DNA of 64,000 nucleotides from Gammaproteobacteria bacterium (GTDB lineage: Bacteria > Pseudomonadota > Gammaproteobacteria > SZUA-152). The notes under the pieces are model-generated. The model had not been told where the DNA came from and ran no database searches. It was given only the letters and a program-made list of their open reading frames with translations. Position 1 is the first letter of the stretch. Each line of letters opens with the position of its first letter. Position numbers and translations under genes: made by a program. This document shows positions 33,380-44,614 of the stretch, piece by piece. Where the stretch lies: positions 54 to 64,053 of the forward strand of contig DROS01000026.1 in the NCBI GenBank assembly GCA_011321815.1. Direction: 5' to 3'.

Positions 33380-34453
33380 ATGGCACCGCGGTATCAGTCA
33401 AATCTGAGCGCTGATGAGCGTCGTAAGCGTGAGCGTTATCTGGCAGCGACCGTTATTACCTGTATTGCGGCAGCGGTGATATTTGGTGTGATGCATGTGG
33501 TAAAACTGGGCGCGAATCGTATGGCTGACATGAGGGATAGGGCAACTTATGATTTGGCGGATATGAAGGATCATATACGCGCAGCAGGGGAGGATATCAC
33601 CCGGCACCGTGTGCATGAATCACGGAAGAAGGCGAAAAAAGTTTACCAATGGAACGAGCTGGAGGCCCTGTTGACGGCTGAGCAGTGGCAAGAGCTTGCG
33701 ACTATGGTGACTATTCCAGCAGGCGATTTTTTAATGGGCACTGATTCAGAGCGTGCCGATAAGTTTAATCGTCCTCAACATACGGTGTTTTTGCCGGAAT
33801 ATAAAATTGATAAATATCCTGTTACACATGCGCAGTTTGCGCAGTTTGTTGTTGCTACGCAACATCGTCCACCATTGGACTGGGTCGATGGTAGTATCCC
33901 GGATGGAAAAACACAGTACCCTGTTACTATGGTGACGTGGTATGACGCGGTGGATTATTGCAAGTGGAAAGAAAAACGCTTGCCCACTGAGGCAGAATGG
34001 GAGAAAGCTGCACGTGGTACTGATGGCCGCCGTTGGCCTTGGGGTAATCAGATGGACGCAAGCCGCCTGAACACTTATTACCACGTTGGTTCGAGTACCG
34101 AAGTGACGACGTATAAAACCGGGGTGAGCCCATATGGGGTCTATGATATGGCTGGGAATGTCAGCGAATGGACAGCAAGTGACTTTCTTCCCTACGAGGG
34201 GTCGGCGGCTGTTGCAGACACATTCCAGCCAAAAAAGGTGCAGGCGGCGACGCCTGAAGACCGTGCTTTAAAAGTGGCGGACCTTGTCGCTGTAGAGGGT
34301 GTTTATAAAGTGCGTCGCGGTGGTTCGTGGAAAAGTGACCCGTTTTCAACGTCGGTTTATCACCGGAATTTTTCAATGCCTTATTATGCGTCAGATTTTT
34401 TTGGCTTCCGCTGTGCAGTTACGGTAGCAGACATAAACCAGGCAATAAATTAG
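33380..34453 (+). CDS. Membrane-anchored FGE/SUMF1-domain protein
   Basis: IPAGDFLMG, RLPTEAEWEKAARG, DMAGNVSEW, RGGSW, GFRC. Confidence 0.92.
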   Translation: MAPRYQSNLSADERRKRERYLAATVITCIAAAVIFGVMHVVKLGANRMADMRDRATYDLADMKDHIRAAGEDITRHRVHESRKKAKKVYQWNELEALLTAEQWQELATMVTIPAGDFLMGTDSERADKFNRPQHTVFLPEYKIDKYPVTHAQFAQFVVATQHRPPLDWVDGSIPDGKTQYPVTMVTWYDAVDYCKWKEKRLPTEAEWEKAARGTDGRRWPWGNQMDASRLNTYYHVGSSTEVTTYKTGVSPYGVYDMAGNVSEWTASDFLPYEGSAAVADTFQPKKVQAATPEDRALKVADLVAVEGVYKVRRGGSWKSDPFSTSVYHRNFSMPYYASDFFGFRCAVTVADINQAIN

Positions 34454-34466
34454 CGAGAGTCGCGTA

Positions 34467-34691
34467 GTGAGTAAAATATCCCGTTCGTTCGTATTTTTGA
34501 TGCTGCTGGCAACAACATGTTCTGTGTATGCGGTGGATAGTTACCGTTATGCACATGTTACCATTGAAACGCCTTGGGCAATTTTCATTTTTTTGTTGCT
34601 TATTATTCTTTTTCCGTTTGTTCTTATGGCAATACTGTATTGGTATTTTGCGGTTAAAAAATCAGAGATTAAAGATGCAGAACATGAGTAG
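34467..34691 (+). CDS. Small exported or membrane protein
   Basis: Signal-like N-terminus plus one TM; ATGA overlap with the next gene. Confidence 0.65.
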   Translation: MSKISRSFVFLMLLATTCSVYAVDSYRYAHVTIETPWAIFIFLLLIILFPFVLMAILYWYFAVKKSEIKDAEHE

Positions 34692-35046
34692 GGCATTTTT
34701 TTGTTTATGCACATGGTTGATGTTGAGTGTGGCTGCGCCAGGTTATGCGGATGGCTCTGTGGAAGAGAAAACGGAGCAGCAAAGCGCGGGAGTGATACAG
34801 GCCTTCACGAATGACAGATCAGCAAAGAGCGAGCTGGTTGCCATTGATGAGAAAACCAAATATCTGGTTATGTTTTTGATGGGTGTTCCTCTGTTGTTGC
34901 TCATTATTACTACAGTGGCGCTTGGTGTTGCCATGGTTGTATATGGCAAGCGCGTGTTTGTTGCCCACATGGTGTGTGCTGGGCTGAGTTTGACGTTGGC
35001 GCTAGGGCATGCTGTGGTGGGTATTGTCTGGTTTTATCCTTTTTAG
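34684..35046 (+). CDS. Membrane protein with signal peptide and two His-bearing TM helices
   Basis: FVAHMV...LGHAVVGIVWFYPF; possible haem b ligands. Confidence 0.7.
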   Translation: MSRAFFCLCTWLMLSVAAPGYADGSVEEKTEQQSAGVIQAFTNDRSAKSELVAIDEKTKYLVMFLMGVPLLLLIITTVALGVAMVVYGKRVFVAHMVCAGLSLTLALGHAVVGIVWFYPF

Positions 35047-35185
35047 CTGGTCCACTGACCTTGGGGCTCTCGAATAAATCAAGGGCGATCTGAGCAGTTG
35101 TTGTCATAAAAAATTGAGCTGGGCGATTACTTAAACGAGTGTGGGCAGGGTTGTCAAATGATTGTTAACGCCTCTTAGACATTCA

Positions 35186-37807
35186 ATGCAAAATATTCCT
35201 GCATTACGAAGGCTTGGTCTGTTTCTTGTTTGTTTATATCTGATCTCCGGTGCCGCCAGTCTCTCCTACGAAATTCTCTGGACGCGCATGTTGTCCTTGC
35301 AATTTGGGGTCAGCATCTTTGGTGTGGTTGTTACGGTAACTGCCTATATGGCGGGCTTGGGTGCGGGCAGTTTTTTAGGTGTGCACTGGAGTCGTTTGAC
35401 GGGCCGCCCTTTGCGCCTGTTTGCTTGTATTGAATTATTTGTTGCTGCTACAGCCGTATTGCTTCCCACATTGTTCCAAATGGTAGATACACAGTTTGCC
35501 GTTATCGCGGGCAGTATCAGTTATTCCGGTTGGATTGCGTTGCAAATTTTTATTGTTACGCTGGTGTTGATGATTCCTGCCATGGCTATGGGTGCCGGCT
35601 TCCCGTTAATTTTATCCGCAGTACAAGGTGCAAAAGTTTCTCTGGGTAGTATCTATGGGATCAATGCCCTTGGGGGGGCTTTGGGGGCATTATTACCGCT
35701 ATGGTTGTTGCCTATGTTGGGCTGGCTGTCATCACTGAGGGCTGTCGCATTAATCAGTTTTGTGGTTGCGGCGGTTTTGTTTTTATTGTCCTGGCGGTTT
35801 GAGTCGGTGCAGAAAAAAGAAAAGGTGGAGCCTCTGGTTCGCCCCCCCACAAAATGGCTGCTGATTTATGCGGGGATAGGAGCTGGTGCGCTTTTGCTGG
35901 AAATTGGTTGGGCGCGTTTATTCGGTATGGTGATGTTGCGTACTGAGTATGTGTTGGCGATTATTTTGGCCGTATTTTTGCTGGGTATTGGTTTTGGCAG
36001 CCTGTTGGCTCGATTACTGGTGAGCAAACGTTGGTTCAGCGTCTTGCCGGTTGTGGCTTGTGGATTTGCTTTATTGAGTTTGTGGTGGTTGCCGACACTT
36101 TCAGCCTGGATTGAACAGGCGCATTTTTCTTCTTTGTTTGCCGCATTATGGTTACAGGGCTCGGCAATCATTATGTTGACCTTGCCAGTGACGTTGGTGC
36201 TGGGCGCCTGGCTGCCGTTGCTGGCAGAGCGCGTGGGTAACCGTTATCAAAGCGGAATGTGGTTGTATGGGGCTAATTCACTCGGGGCTGCATTAGGCAC
36301 GCTGTTGGCCGGTTTTGTTTTTATTCCGAGCATTGGCAGTAGCAGCACGGTTGCTCTGGGAGCGATGTTGTTATTGATTTTAGGGCTGGTATTGGCACAG
36401 GGATGGGCTTCCCGGCCTGCCTGGGCCTTGGTCATTGTGATGGGGTTGCTGAGTATGACGGTGGCGGATATGCCGCCGGTATCCCGTTTATTGCCGCAGG
36501 CTTATGCACAGGCAAAAACGCTTTCCCTGCACGAAGATGCTATTTCTATCACCCATGTTGTTGCAGGCCCGGATGGCCAGCGACAGTTATTGGCCGACAT
36601 GCGGCGCATGGATGCCTCGTCGGAGCCCACTGCTGTAGAGGCGCAAAAAAATCAGGCACGATTACCGTTGTTGTTGCATGCTGAGCCACAGCGGGTTTTG
36701 TTTTTGGGTTTAGGGACGGGGATTTCTGCGTCAGCGTCTTTGGCATTTCCCGGGTTGCAGCGCACTGCCGTTGAATTATCACTGGGCGCAATTAACGCCG
36801 CACAAAAGGAGTTCCGGCCAGTCAATGGCAGCATTACCGATTATTTAAAAATTGTGCGTGATGATGCCCGCCACTTTTTATTGAGCGATTCTGAACATTA
36901 TGACGTGATTGTTGGCGATCTGTTTCACCCTGATCTGGTGGGGCGTAGCGCGTTGTTGTCCCGTCAACAATTCATTCGTGCACAAAAACGCTTGTCACCC
37001 GGTGGTGTTTTTGTGCAGTGGCTGGCGCTGAATCAATTTGATATCAATAGTCTGCAAGTGGTTTTGGCGACCTTCAAAGACGTATTTCCGGACGCTGTTA
37101 TTTTTGTGGATGCTTTTCGGTTGGCGATGGTCGGTGTACGTGATGGCAGTATTGGTAGTGTGCAGTTATTGGGTAATGTACAGCGGCTAACGGATGGACA
37201 GGCCGAGTTGGCAACGGGAGGGGAGGGGGCGTGGACATGGCTGGGACGTTATTGGGGGGGGATTCCTGAATTTGATGTACCGCGACAGGATGAGTGGGCT
37301 CCAGTGATTGAATATCAACTGCCAGAGGCTCGCTACGATGGCCAACTGGATATTTCCAAGATATTGTCATGGTTATTATCTATTCGTTCTCCGTTGGGTG
37401 CGGCAGCCAGTTATCTTGGTGTCAGTGAGAATAATTTCCCTCAATTTGAGCGCGCATATATTGCCACGGAATTAGGGCATCGCAGTTGGTTGGCTTTGTT
37501 GTATGGGAAGGCTGCGGAAGGCCAACGGTTGCTACCGCTAGCTTATCAAGCCAACCCAAAAGACCGCTGGGTAGGTTTTGCATTGGCGGATGCGGTTTTG
37601 CAGGATCGTGCTGCGGCAGAGGCGCGCGGGCTGAATGAACGGCAGTTGTTGGAATCGGTGCTGCGTATACGGCCGGATCATGCAGAGGCATTGCGTCGCC
37701 TGTGGGAGCTGGCGGAATTGGCGGGGAACCGTGAGCAGGCCGCCGTTTACCGGCAGCGTTTCGCGGCGTTGAACCCACTGGATTCTGCGGTGCAAAAAAC
37801 TCAGTAA
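35186..37807 (+). CDS. Multi-TM / spermidine-synthase-like SAM-binding fusion protein
   Basis: SGAASLSYEILWTR repeats, FLGLGTG, DDARHFL, YDVIVGD; TPR-like C-terminus. Confidence 0.88.
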   Translation: MQNIPALRRLGLFLVCLYLISGAASLSYEILWTRMLSLQFGVSIFGVVVTVTAYMAGLGAGSFLGVHWSRLTGRPLRLFACIELFVAATAVLLPTLFQMVDTQFAVIAGSISYSGWIALQIFIVTLVLMIPAMAMGAGFPLILSAVQGAKVSLGSIYGINALGGALGALLPLWLLPMLGWLSSLRAVALISFVVAAVLFLLSWRFESVQKKEKVEPLVRPPTKWLLIYAGIGAGALLLEIGWARLFGMVMLRTEYVLAIILAVFLLGIGFGSLLARLLVSKRWFSVLPVVACGFALLSLWWLPTLSAWIEQAHFSSLFAALWLQGSAIIMLTLPVTLVLGAWLPLLAERVGNRYQSGMWLYGANSLGAALGTLLAGFVFIPSIGSSSTVALGAMLLLILGLVLAQGWASRPAWALVIVMGLLSMTVADMPPVSRLLPQAYAQAKTLSLHEDAISITHVVAGPDGQRQLLADMRRMDASSEPTAVEAQKNQARLPLLLHAEPQRVLFLGLGTGISASASLAFPGLQRTAVELSLGAINAAQKEFRPVNGSITDYLKIVRDDARHFLLSDSEHYDVIVGDLFHPDLVGRSALLSRQQFIRAQKRLSPGGVFVQWLALNQFDINSLQVVLATFKDVFPDAVIFVDAFRLAMVGVRDGSIGSVQLLGNVQRLTDGQAELATGGEGAWTWLGRYWGGIPEFDVPRQDEWAPVIEYQLPEARYDGQLDISKILSWLLSIRSPLGAAASYLGVSENNFPQFERAYIATELGHRSWLALLYGKAAEGQRLLPLAYQANPKDRWVGFALADAVLQDRAAAEARGLNERQLLESVLRIRPDHAEALRRLWELAELAGNREQAAVYRQRFAALNPLDSAVQKTQ

Positions 37808-37881
37808 TTTAATCGGCTATATCATCTGTTTTGAAGGGCGTGCGCAATGAATAAACAGGTTTACAGTGGTAGTATGTGGCT

Positions 37882-39210
37882 ATGAGCGGTAACGATACCT
37901 TGAGTAAAATCCCCATCAGAGTAGAAGCTGCCAATGCCGGTGTCAGCTTTCACTGGCGTCGTCGGTTGGCGCAATTTTTGTTCATTGCCATTGCCGTGAT
38001 TATTCCGGTGAGTGGATTGCTGCGTATTGATTTGGTGGCAGGTGCCTTTGTGGTGCTGGGGCATCAAATTTGGTGGGCCGACTTTTTTCTGATTTTTGGT
38101 TTATGGATGCTGCTGGCCAGCGGCATGGTGATGTTGTACTCCACGGTGGGCACAGCTTTCTGTGGTTGGGCTTGCCCACAAAACACCTTGTCAGAGATAG
38201 CCAATGAATGGACTTACCGTCTGCTTGGCAAACGTGCGGACATGAGTGTTTCCGGCGCAAAAATGAAAGTGGCCGACAGTAAAAACCGCCTGTTGAATTG
38301 GACGTTATTGGGGGCGATTTTACTGGCCATGTCCATGTTGCTGGCGTTGATCCCCCTGCTTTATTTTTATCCGCCAGACGTCATCTGGTCTTTTATGACT
38401 TTCCGGGATGATGAGCGTCTGGCGAGTTCATTGCATTATATTTACGCCGTTTTTGTGATACTTGTTTTGGTCGATGTGAGTGTCATTCGTCATTTCTGGT
38501 GTCGCTTTATGTGCGTTTACCGTGTGTGGCAACATGGCTTCAAAACCAAGCAGACATTGAAAATTGCCTATGACGATACACGCTCTTCCCAGTGTGAAAA
38601 GTGCAATTATTGCAGTACCGCATGTTTTATCGGGCTTGACCCGCGCAACACGGACATGTACGACAGCTGTATTAATTGTGGTGAATGTATTGATGCCTGT
38701 GCTCAGCTACAAGGCAAAAAAGGTGAAACAGGTTTGCTGTCTTTTGAAAGGGGCGCATCGGGAAAATCATCCGCTTTACGCAATCTGGCCTCGATCTCCT
38801 TACGTGTGCGCTGGACTCTGCCATTTTCTGCACTAGGTTTGGGGATGTTTATTTGGGGGTTGTTAACGTATAACGGATATCATTTGGCGGTTTATCGTGC
38901 CGACCAACAATTTGGCTCAGTGATTCGTGACTATCGCATTGCCGTTTCCAACAAACTGTATCGTCCTGCAGAGGCCACGTTACGTATTGAAGGTTTACCA
39001 GAAAACAGCTATTCGATACCGGAAAAAGTACTGCGTTTTGATAGTGCCGGGCGGATTGATGTAAATCTGCGCATTGAGCCCAATGTGCCACCTGGTTTGC
39101 ATATGTTTTTGGTGCATGTGGATACAGCGGATGGCTGGCATAGTGTTTTTCGTGTACAACATTTTGTGGCGGAAAATGTTGCGCCCGAAGTAGAAAATAG
39201 CGCTTTTTGA
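37882..39210 (+). CDS. ccoG: CcoG/FixG-like membrane 4Fe-4S protein
   Basis: FCGWACPQ, WCRFMC, CEKCNYCSTAC, CINCGECIDAC; Ig-like C-terminus. Confidence 0.82.
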   Translation: MSGNDTLSKIPIRVEAANAGVSFHWRRRLAQFLFIAIAVIIPVSGLLRIDLVAGAFVVLGHQIWWADFFLIFGLWMLLASGMVMLYSTVGTAFCGWACPQNTLSEIANEWTYRLLGKRADMSVSGAKMKVADSKNRLLNWTLLGAILLAMSMLLALIPLLYFYPPDVIWSFMTFRDDERLASSLHYIYAVFVILVLVDVSVIRHFWCRFMCVYRVWQHGFKTKQTLKIAYDDTRSSQCEKCNYCSTACFIGLDPRNTDMYDSCINCGECIDACAQLQGKKGETGLLSFERGASGKSSALRNLASISLRVRWTLPFSALGLGMFIWGLLTYNGYHLAVYRADQQFGSVIRDYRIAVSNKLYRPAEATLRIEGLPENSYSIPEKVLRFDSAGRIDVNLRIEPNVPPGLHMFLVHVDTADGWHSVFRVQHFVAENVAPEVENSAF

Positions 39211-39256
39211 TATACCCGGAAATGCTGTATTTATGTATTAAACTGTGGACCTGCCA

Positions 39257-39757
39257 ATGAATAAAACTGAAGATACACCCAAAGTCGAAGATGAGGAAAA
39301 AGATCCTCCACCTCCCGGTAATCTTAAAGATACCCAATGGGGTGAATTGCCAGCCGATAATTTTGGTTATGCCTCCGATGAAGAACGCCGGGCCAAACGG
39401 GGTCTGGAAGACTGGGAGTTGGTGGAAAAAATTCCCGAGTCACAACAGCCTGTGCCACGCTGGTTTATTGGTATTATTGTTGCCGTGATGTTAGTGGCAG
39501 TAGGGCTCAGCTTTCCTTTTTGGGGGGACCGTCCCGGTTATGAACGTGAGTGGATTAATTGGGGGTTTGGTGCGGCGCTGTTGTACACTGCCGTGTTTGG
39601 TACTTTCGTTTATTTTATGGTGAATTTTTACGGCTCCAAAGTGGCGGGGCGTTTGGATACGGACAAAGAAAAAAATGCAGAGTCACCCACAGACAGTAAA
39701 GAAGCCAGCAGCAAAAAAAATGCAGCACACCCGACGTCCAAATCTACAGACAAATAG
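39257..39757 (+). CDS. Second haem-less CcoP N-terminal-like membrane protein
   Basis: IPESQQPVPRWF-TM-FPFWGDRP parallels the 30722 ORF (ITEDNNRLPPPI-TM-FPLWGQRP). Confidence 0.65.
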   Translation: MNKTEDTPKVEDEEKDPPPPGNLKDTQWGELPADNFGYASDEERRAKRGLEDWELVEKIPESQQPVPRWFIGIIVAVMLVAVGLSFPFWGDRPGYEREWINWGFGAALLYTAVFGTFVYFMVNFYGSKVAGRLDTDKEKNAESPTDSKEASSKKNAAHPTSKSTDK

Positions 39758-40043
39758 CTGTTTCGGTTTAATGGCGCTGTTGTTGTCGGCCTGTGATATC
39801 CCCAACGAGCCATTGGTGTACCCTGATGCTGATTCGTCAGCAGCGCAGCTTTATCAGGCGAAATGCGCCAGATGTCATAATGCGCCGCAGCCTCATGCGC
39901 ATACTGCACAGGCATGGCCTGCTATTTTGCAGCGCATGCAGATGCGCATGAAAACAAAAGGGGCGACACCGTTGAATAAAAATGAATTAAGCGAAGTGCT
40001 GGATTATCTTCAGCGACATGCCGCACCGGTAGAGTTGAAATGA
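39720..40043 (+). CDS. Monohaem cytochrome c lipoprotein
   Basis: LSAC lipobox, CARCH, WPAILQRM; start uncertain (39720 or 39771). Confidence 0.8.
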   Translation: MQHTRRPNLQTNSCFGLMALLLSACDIPNEPLVYPDADSSAAQLYQAKCARCHNAPQPHAHTAQAWPAILQRMQMRMKTKGATPLNKNELSEVLDYLQRHAAPVELK

Positions 40044-40474
40044 AACAACAATTTTCTGTTTGTTTTGTCCGTTGTTTTAAACGTTCGTTTTTTATTATGT
40101 TGTGCGCAGGATTGTTGTCTGCCTGCTCTAACGAGCAATCGGTCATTCTTGGCCCGCAGCAGTGGCAAGACCTGGGATTCCGGGTGGAAACACGGCCCAG
40201 TCCCCTGCGGGTAGGTATGAATGAATTTATTGTTATTGCCAGCCGCGAGGAATACAAACCCGGTGTAGGATTGGTGGTAATGCTACGGGTGGGGGAAGAC
40301 AAAGAATGGCGGCAGGCGATCCAGGACGGTTTTACCGGCGTGTATCGTCGCGCTGTGAAAGTGGATGACCCTGCAACACAATCATTAGCAGTGCATGTGC
40401 GTCGGGCGAAAAGTGACGATAAAAATGATGAAACGGTGTTGTTTTTTCCGTTGAGTCAAAATCGGGCAAATTAA
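40040..40474 (+). CDS. Lipoprotein with Ig-like (YtkA/FixH-like) character
   Basis: LSAC lipobox; ETRPSPLRVGMNEF. Confidence 0.65.
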   Translation: MKQQFSVCFVRCFKRSFFIMLCAGLLSACSNEQSVILGPQQWQDLGFRVETRPSPLRVGMNEFIVIASREEYKPGVGLVVMLRVGEDKEWRQAIQDGFTGVYRRAVKVDDPATQSLAVHVRRAKSDDKNDETVLFFPLSQNRAN

Positions 40475-40586
40475 TCATTTTAACTATGAAACAAACCCAC
40501 AGCAGGCTGGCGGACGATTAACACCGTAATGTCCCCAGCGGAAGGTGTCGGAGTGTTGTGGGTGTGCTGTGCGCCGGTGATTTGAT

Positions 40587-41096
40587 TTATTGTTGGGTCT
40601 TGGCTGCCAGACGGCGACTGCTGCGCCAGCGCCGTAATAATAAAATGCGCTCTCCGCCACGGGTATCACAGCAGGTTGGGCAGGTGAGGTACGCCAAATA
40701 CATTTCTTTGGGCATGCGACCACTGTCCAATAACAGCATTTGCTGCTCACGCACGCTGGTGCGCAGGGTTCCAATGCCGCCCTCGTGTAAAAAACCCTGT
40801 AATTGGAAATCAGCGGGCAGATGTAAAAAATGGCGTGAAGGTGATTCACCTTTTTCCAGTAACCGAATCATTTTCCCGCGCAGCCAGCCAGTGCGTGTTA
40901 ATGCAAAACCGGGCCAGCGCTCGCGTAATTCCAACTGCTCAATTTCGTTTTGTTGACGCTGCTTGTAGGTTTCATATGACAGCGGCATGTGCAGGAAGCT
41001 GGCAATGGGTAATGCGTGCGCAGTGTGGTGGGCCAGATCAACATCCTGTTTGTGCCAATCAGGGTATTCGCCAGGGCAGCCGCATTCAAGCATCAT
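40587..41096 (-). CDS. Cytoplasmic hypothetical protein with CGC and CPTCC motifs
   Basis: ATGA overlap with the upstream short CcoN homologue; Cys clusters at both ends. Confidence 0.75.
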   Translation of the reverse strand: MMLECGCPGEYPDWHKQDVDLAHHTAHALPIASFLHMPLSYETYKQRQQNEIEQLELRERWPGFALTRTGWLRGKMIRLLEKGESPSRHFLHLPADFQLQGFLHEGGIGTLRTSVREQQMLLLDSGRMPKEMYLAYLTCPTCCDTRGGERILLLRRWRSSRRLAAKTQQ

Positions 41097-41662
41097 GACT
41101 GTTTTTCGGAACTCAACTTGTTGCGGATTTTGCGGAAAGTCAAAAATATATTGGCAAAATAGACCCAGAAACCAATACCCATGATGGTGGAAACGGTGGC
41201 GATAGTGGGGCCGTAAAAGCGATGAATATTGTCCACCGAATCGGGGTCTTCCAACAGGGCAATGCCCTCAAGAATGCCGAAGGTCATCAGGGTGCTGTAA
41301 AAGCCGGCGATACCGAGGCTGGTCCACCAAAAACTGTGTTGTACCAAGCGCCTTGAGTAGAGGCGGACGCCGCCCATTTTGGGTAACAGGTAATATGAGG
41401 CGCCCATGAGAAAAATCACCACGCCGCCAACTACGTTGATGTGGGCATGAGCCAGTGGGTCGATGAGATGTCCGGGGCCGCCGTAGGGGCTGCCGATACT
41501 GTCCAGCCATGCGCGCACCGGGCGGATCACTTGCAGGACACCGTGTACAGTGCCAATGAACAGGCACAACGCGGATACCATCAGATATTTAACAAGATAG
41601 GCGTCATCATCTGACGCGGTGGACGGATTGTTTGGTTGGTGTGGTGTTTGCATGAAGTACAA
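41093..41662 (-). CDS. Second short 4-TM haem-copper oxidase subunit I homologue
   Basis: LAHAHINVVGG...YYLLPKMGGVRLYSRRLVQHSFW. Confidence 0.8.
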   Translation of the reverse strand: MYFMQTPHQPNNPSTASDDDAYLVKYLMVSALCLFIGTVHGVLQVIRPVRAWLDSIGSPYGGPGHLIDPLAHAHINVVGGVVIFLMGASYYLLPKMGGVRLYSRRLVQHSFWWTSLGIAGFYSTLMTFGILEGIALLEDPDSVDNIHRFYGPTIATVSTIMGIGFWVYFANIFLTFRKIRNKLSSEKQS

Positions 41663-41781
41663 CTGTCTTTATATGTAGAAGGTCCAGAGGAGGGTGCATG
41701 CCGCACGCTCAGGTACTGTGTTTGTTTACAGCCCCTGATTGTGGGTGTTTTTTATCCGTGACGTGCATGCAAAGGCCGCAC

Positions 41782-41810
41782 AAAAAAGCCCGGGAAATCC
41801 GGGCTTTTTT
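41782..41810 (-). terminator. Intrinsic terminator
   Basis: AAAAAAGCCCGG...CCGGGCTTTTTT. Confidence 0.75.
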
Positions 41811-41840
41811 GCATTCGGGGCCAGGAGCCCCGTATTTGTT

Positions 41841-41945
41841 TTATTTCTTGCGGGCGTCAGCAGCAGCATCACACCCCATACCACCCAACATGGTGGTAGA
41901 GACGAGAATGAACAAAAACACAGTAATTGGTACGATGATGGCCAT
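41841..41945 (-). CDS. Small single-TM protein (34 aa, absent from ORF track)
   Basis: GAGGAG RBS; MAIIVPITVFLFILVSTTMLGGMGCDAAADARKK*; has its own terminator. Confidence 0.6.
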   Translation of the reverse strand: MAIIVPITVFLFILVSTTMLGGMGCDAAADARKK

Positions 41946-42119
41946 CAAAAATTCTCCTCAGAATCCCTCCCCCCACAGGAGGTTTGGTAAAAATCAGCCC
42001 CGAGTCTACCCAATTGGCCGGGGGCGTGCAAGTTTCATTAAGCGTAGCAGGCCCGGGCATTTATATTGATTGTTTGTCCGGGCTAAATTGGTGAGCGGGC
42101 AGGGGATAAACCGGCTGTA

Positions 42120-42919
<800 letters not shown>

Positions 42920-42939
42920 GAGGTGATTGTCGCACGAAT

Positions 42940-44504
<1,565 letters not shown>

Positions 44505-44614
44505 TTACACCACGAGGGCGGATATTGCGATGCCGGGTCTGGGAAGCACAGCGGCGGCACCTCACCTGCGTGGTAGTACGTGGGGACGCTGCGCTGTGAA
44601 TCATCCTGGCCAGC

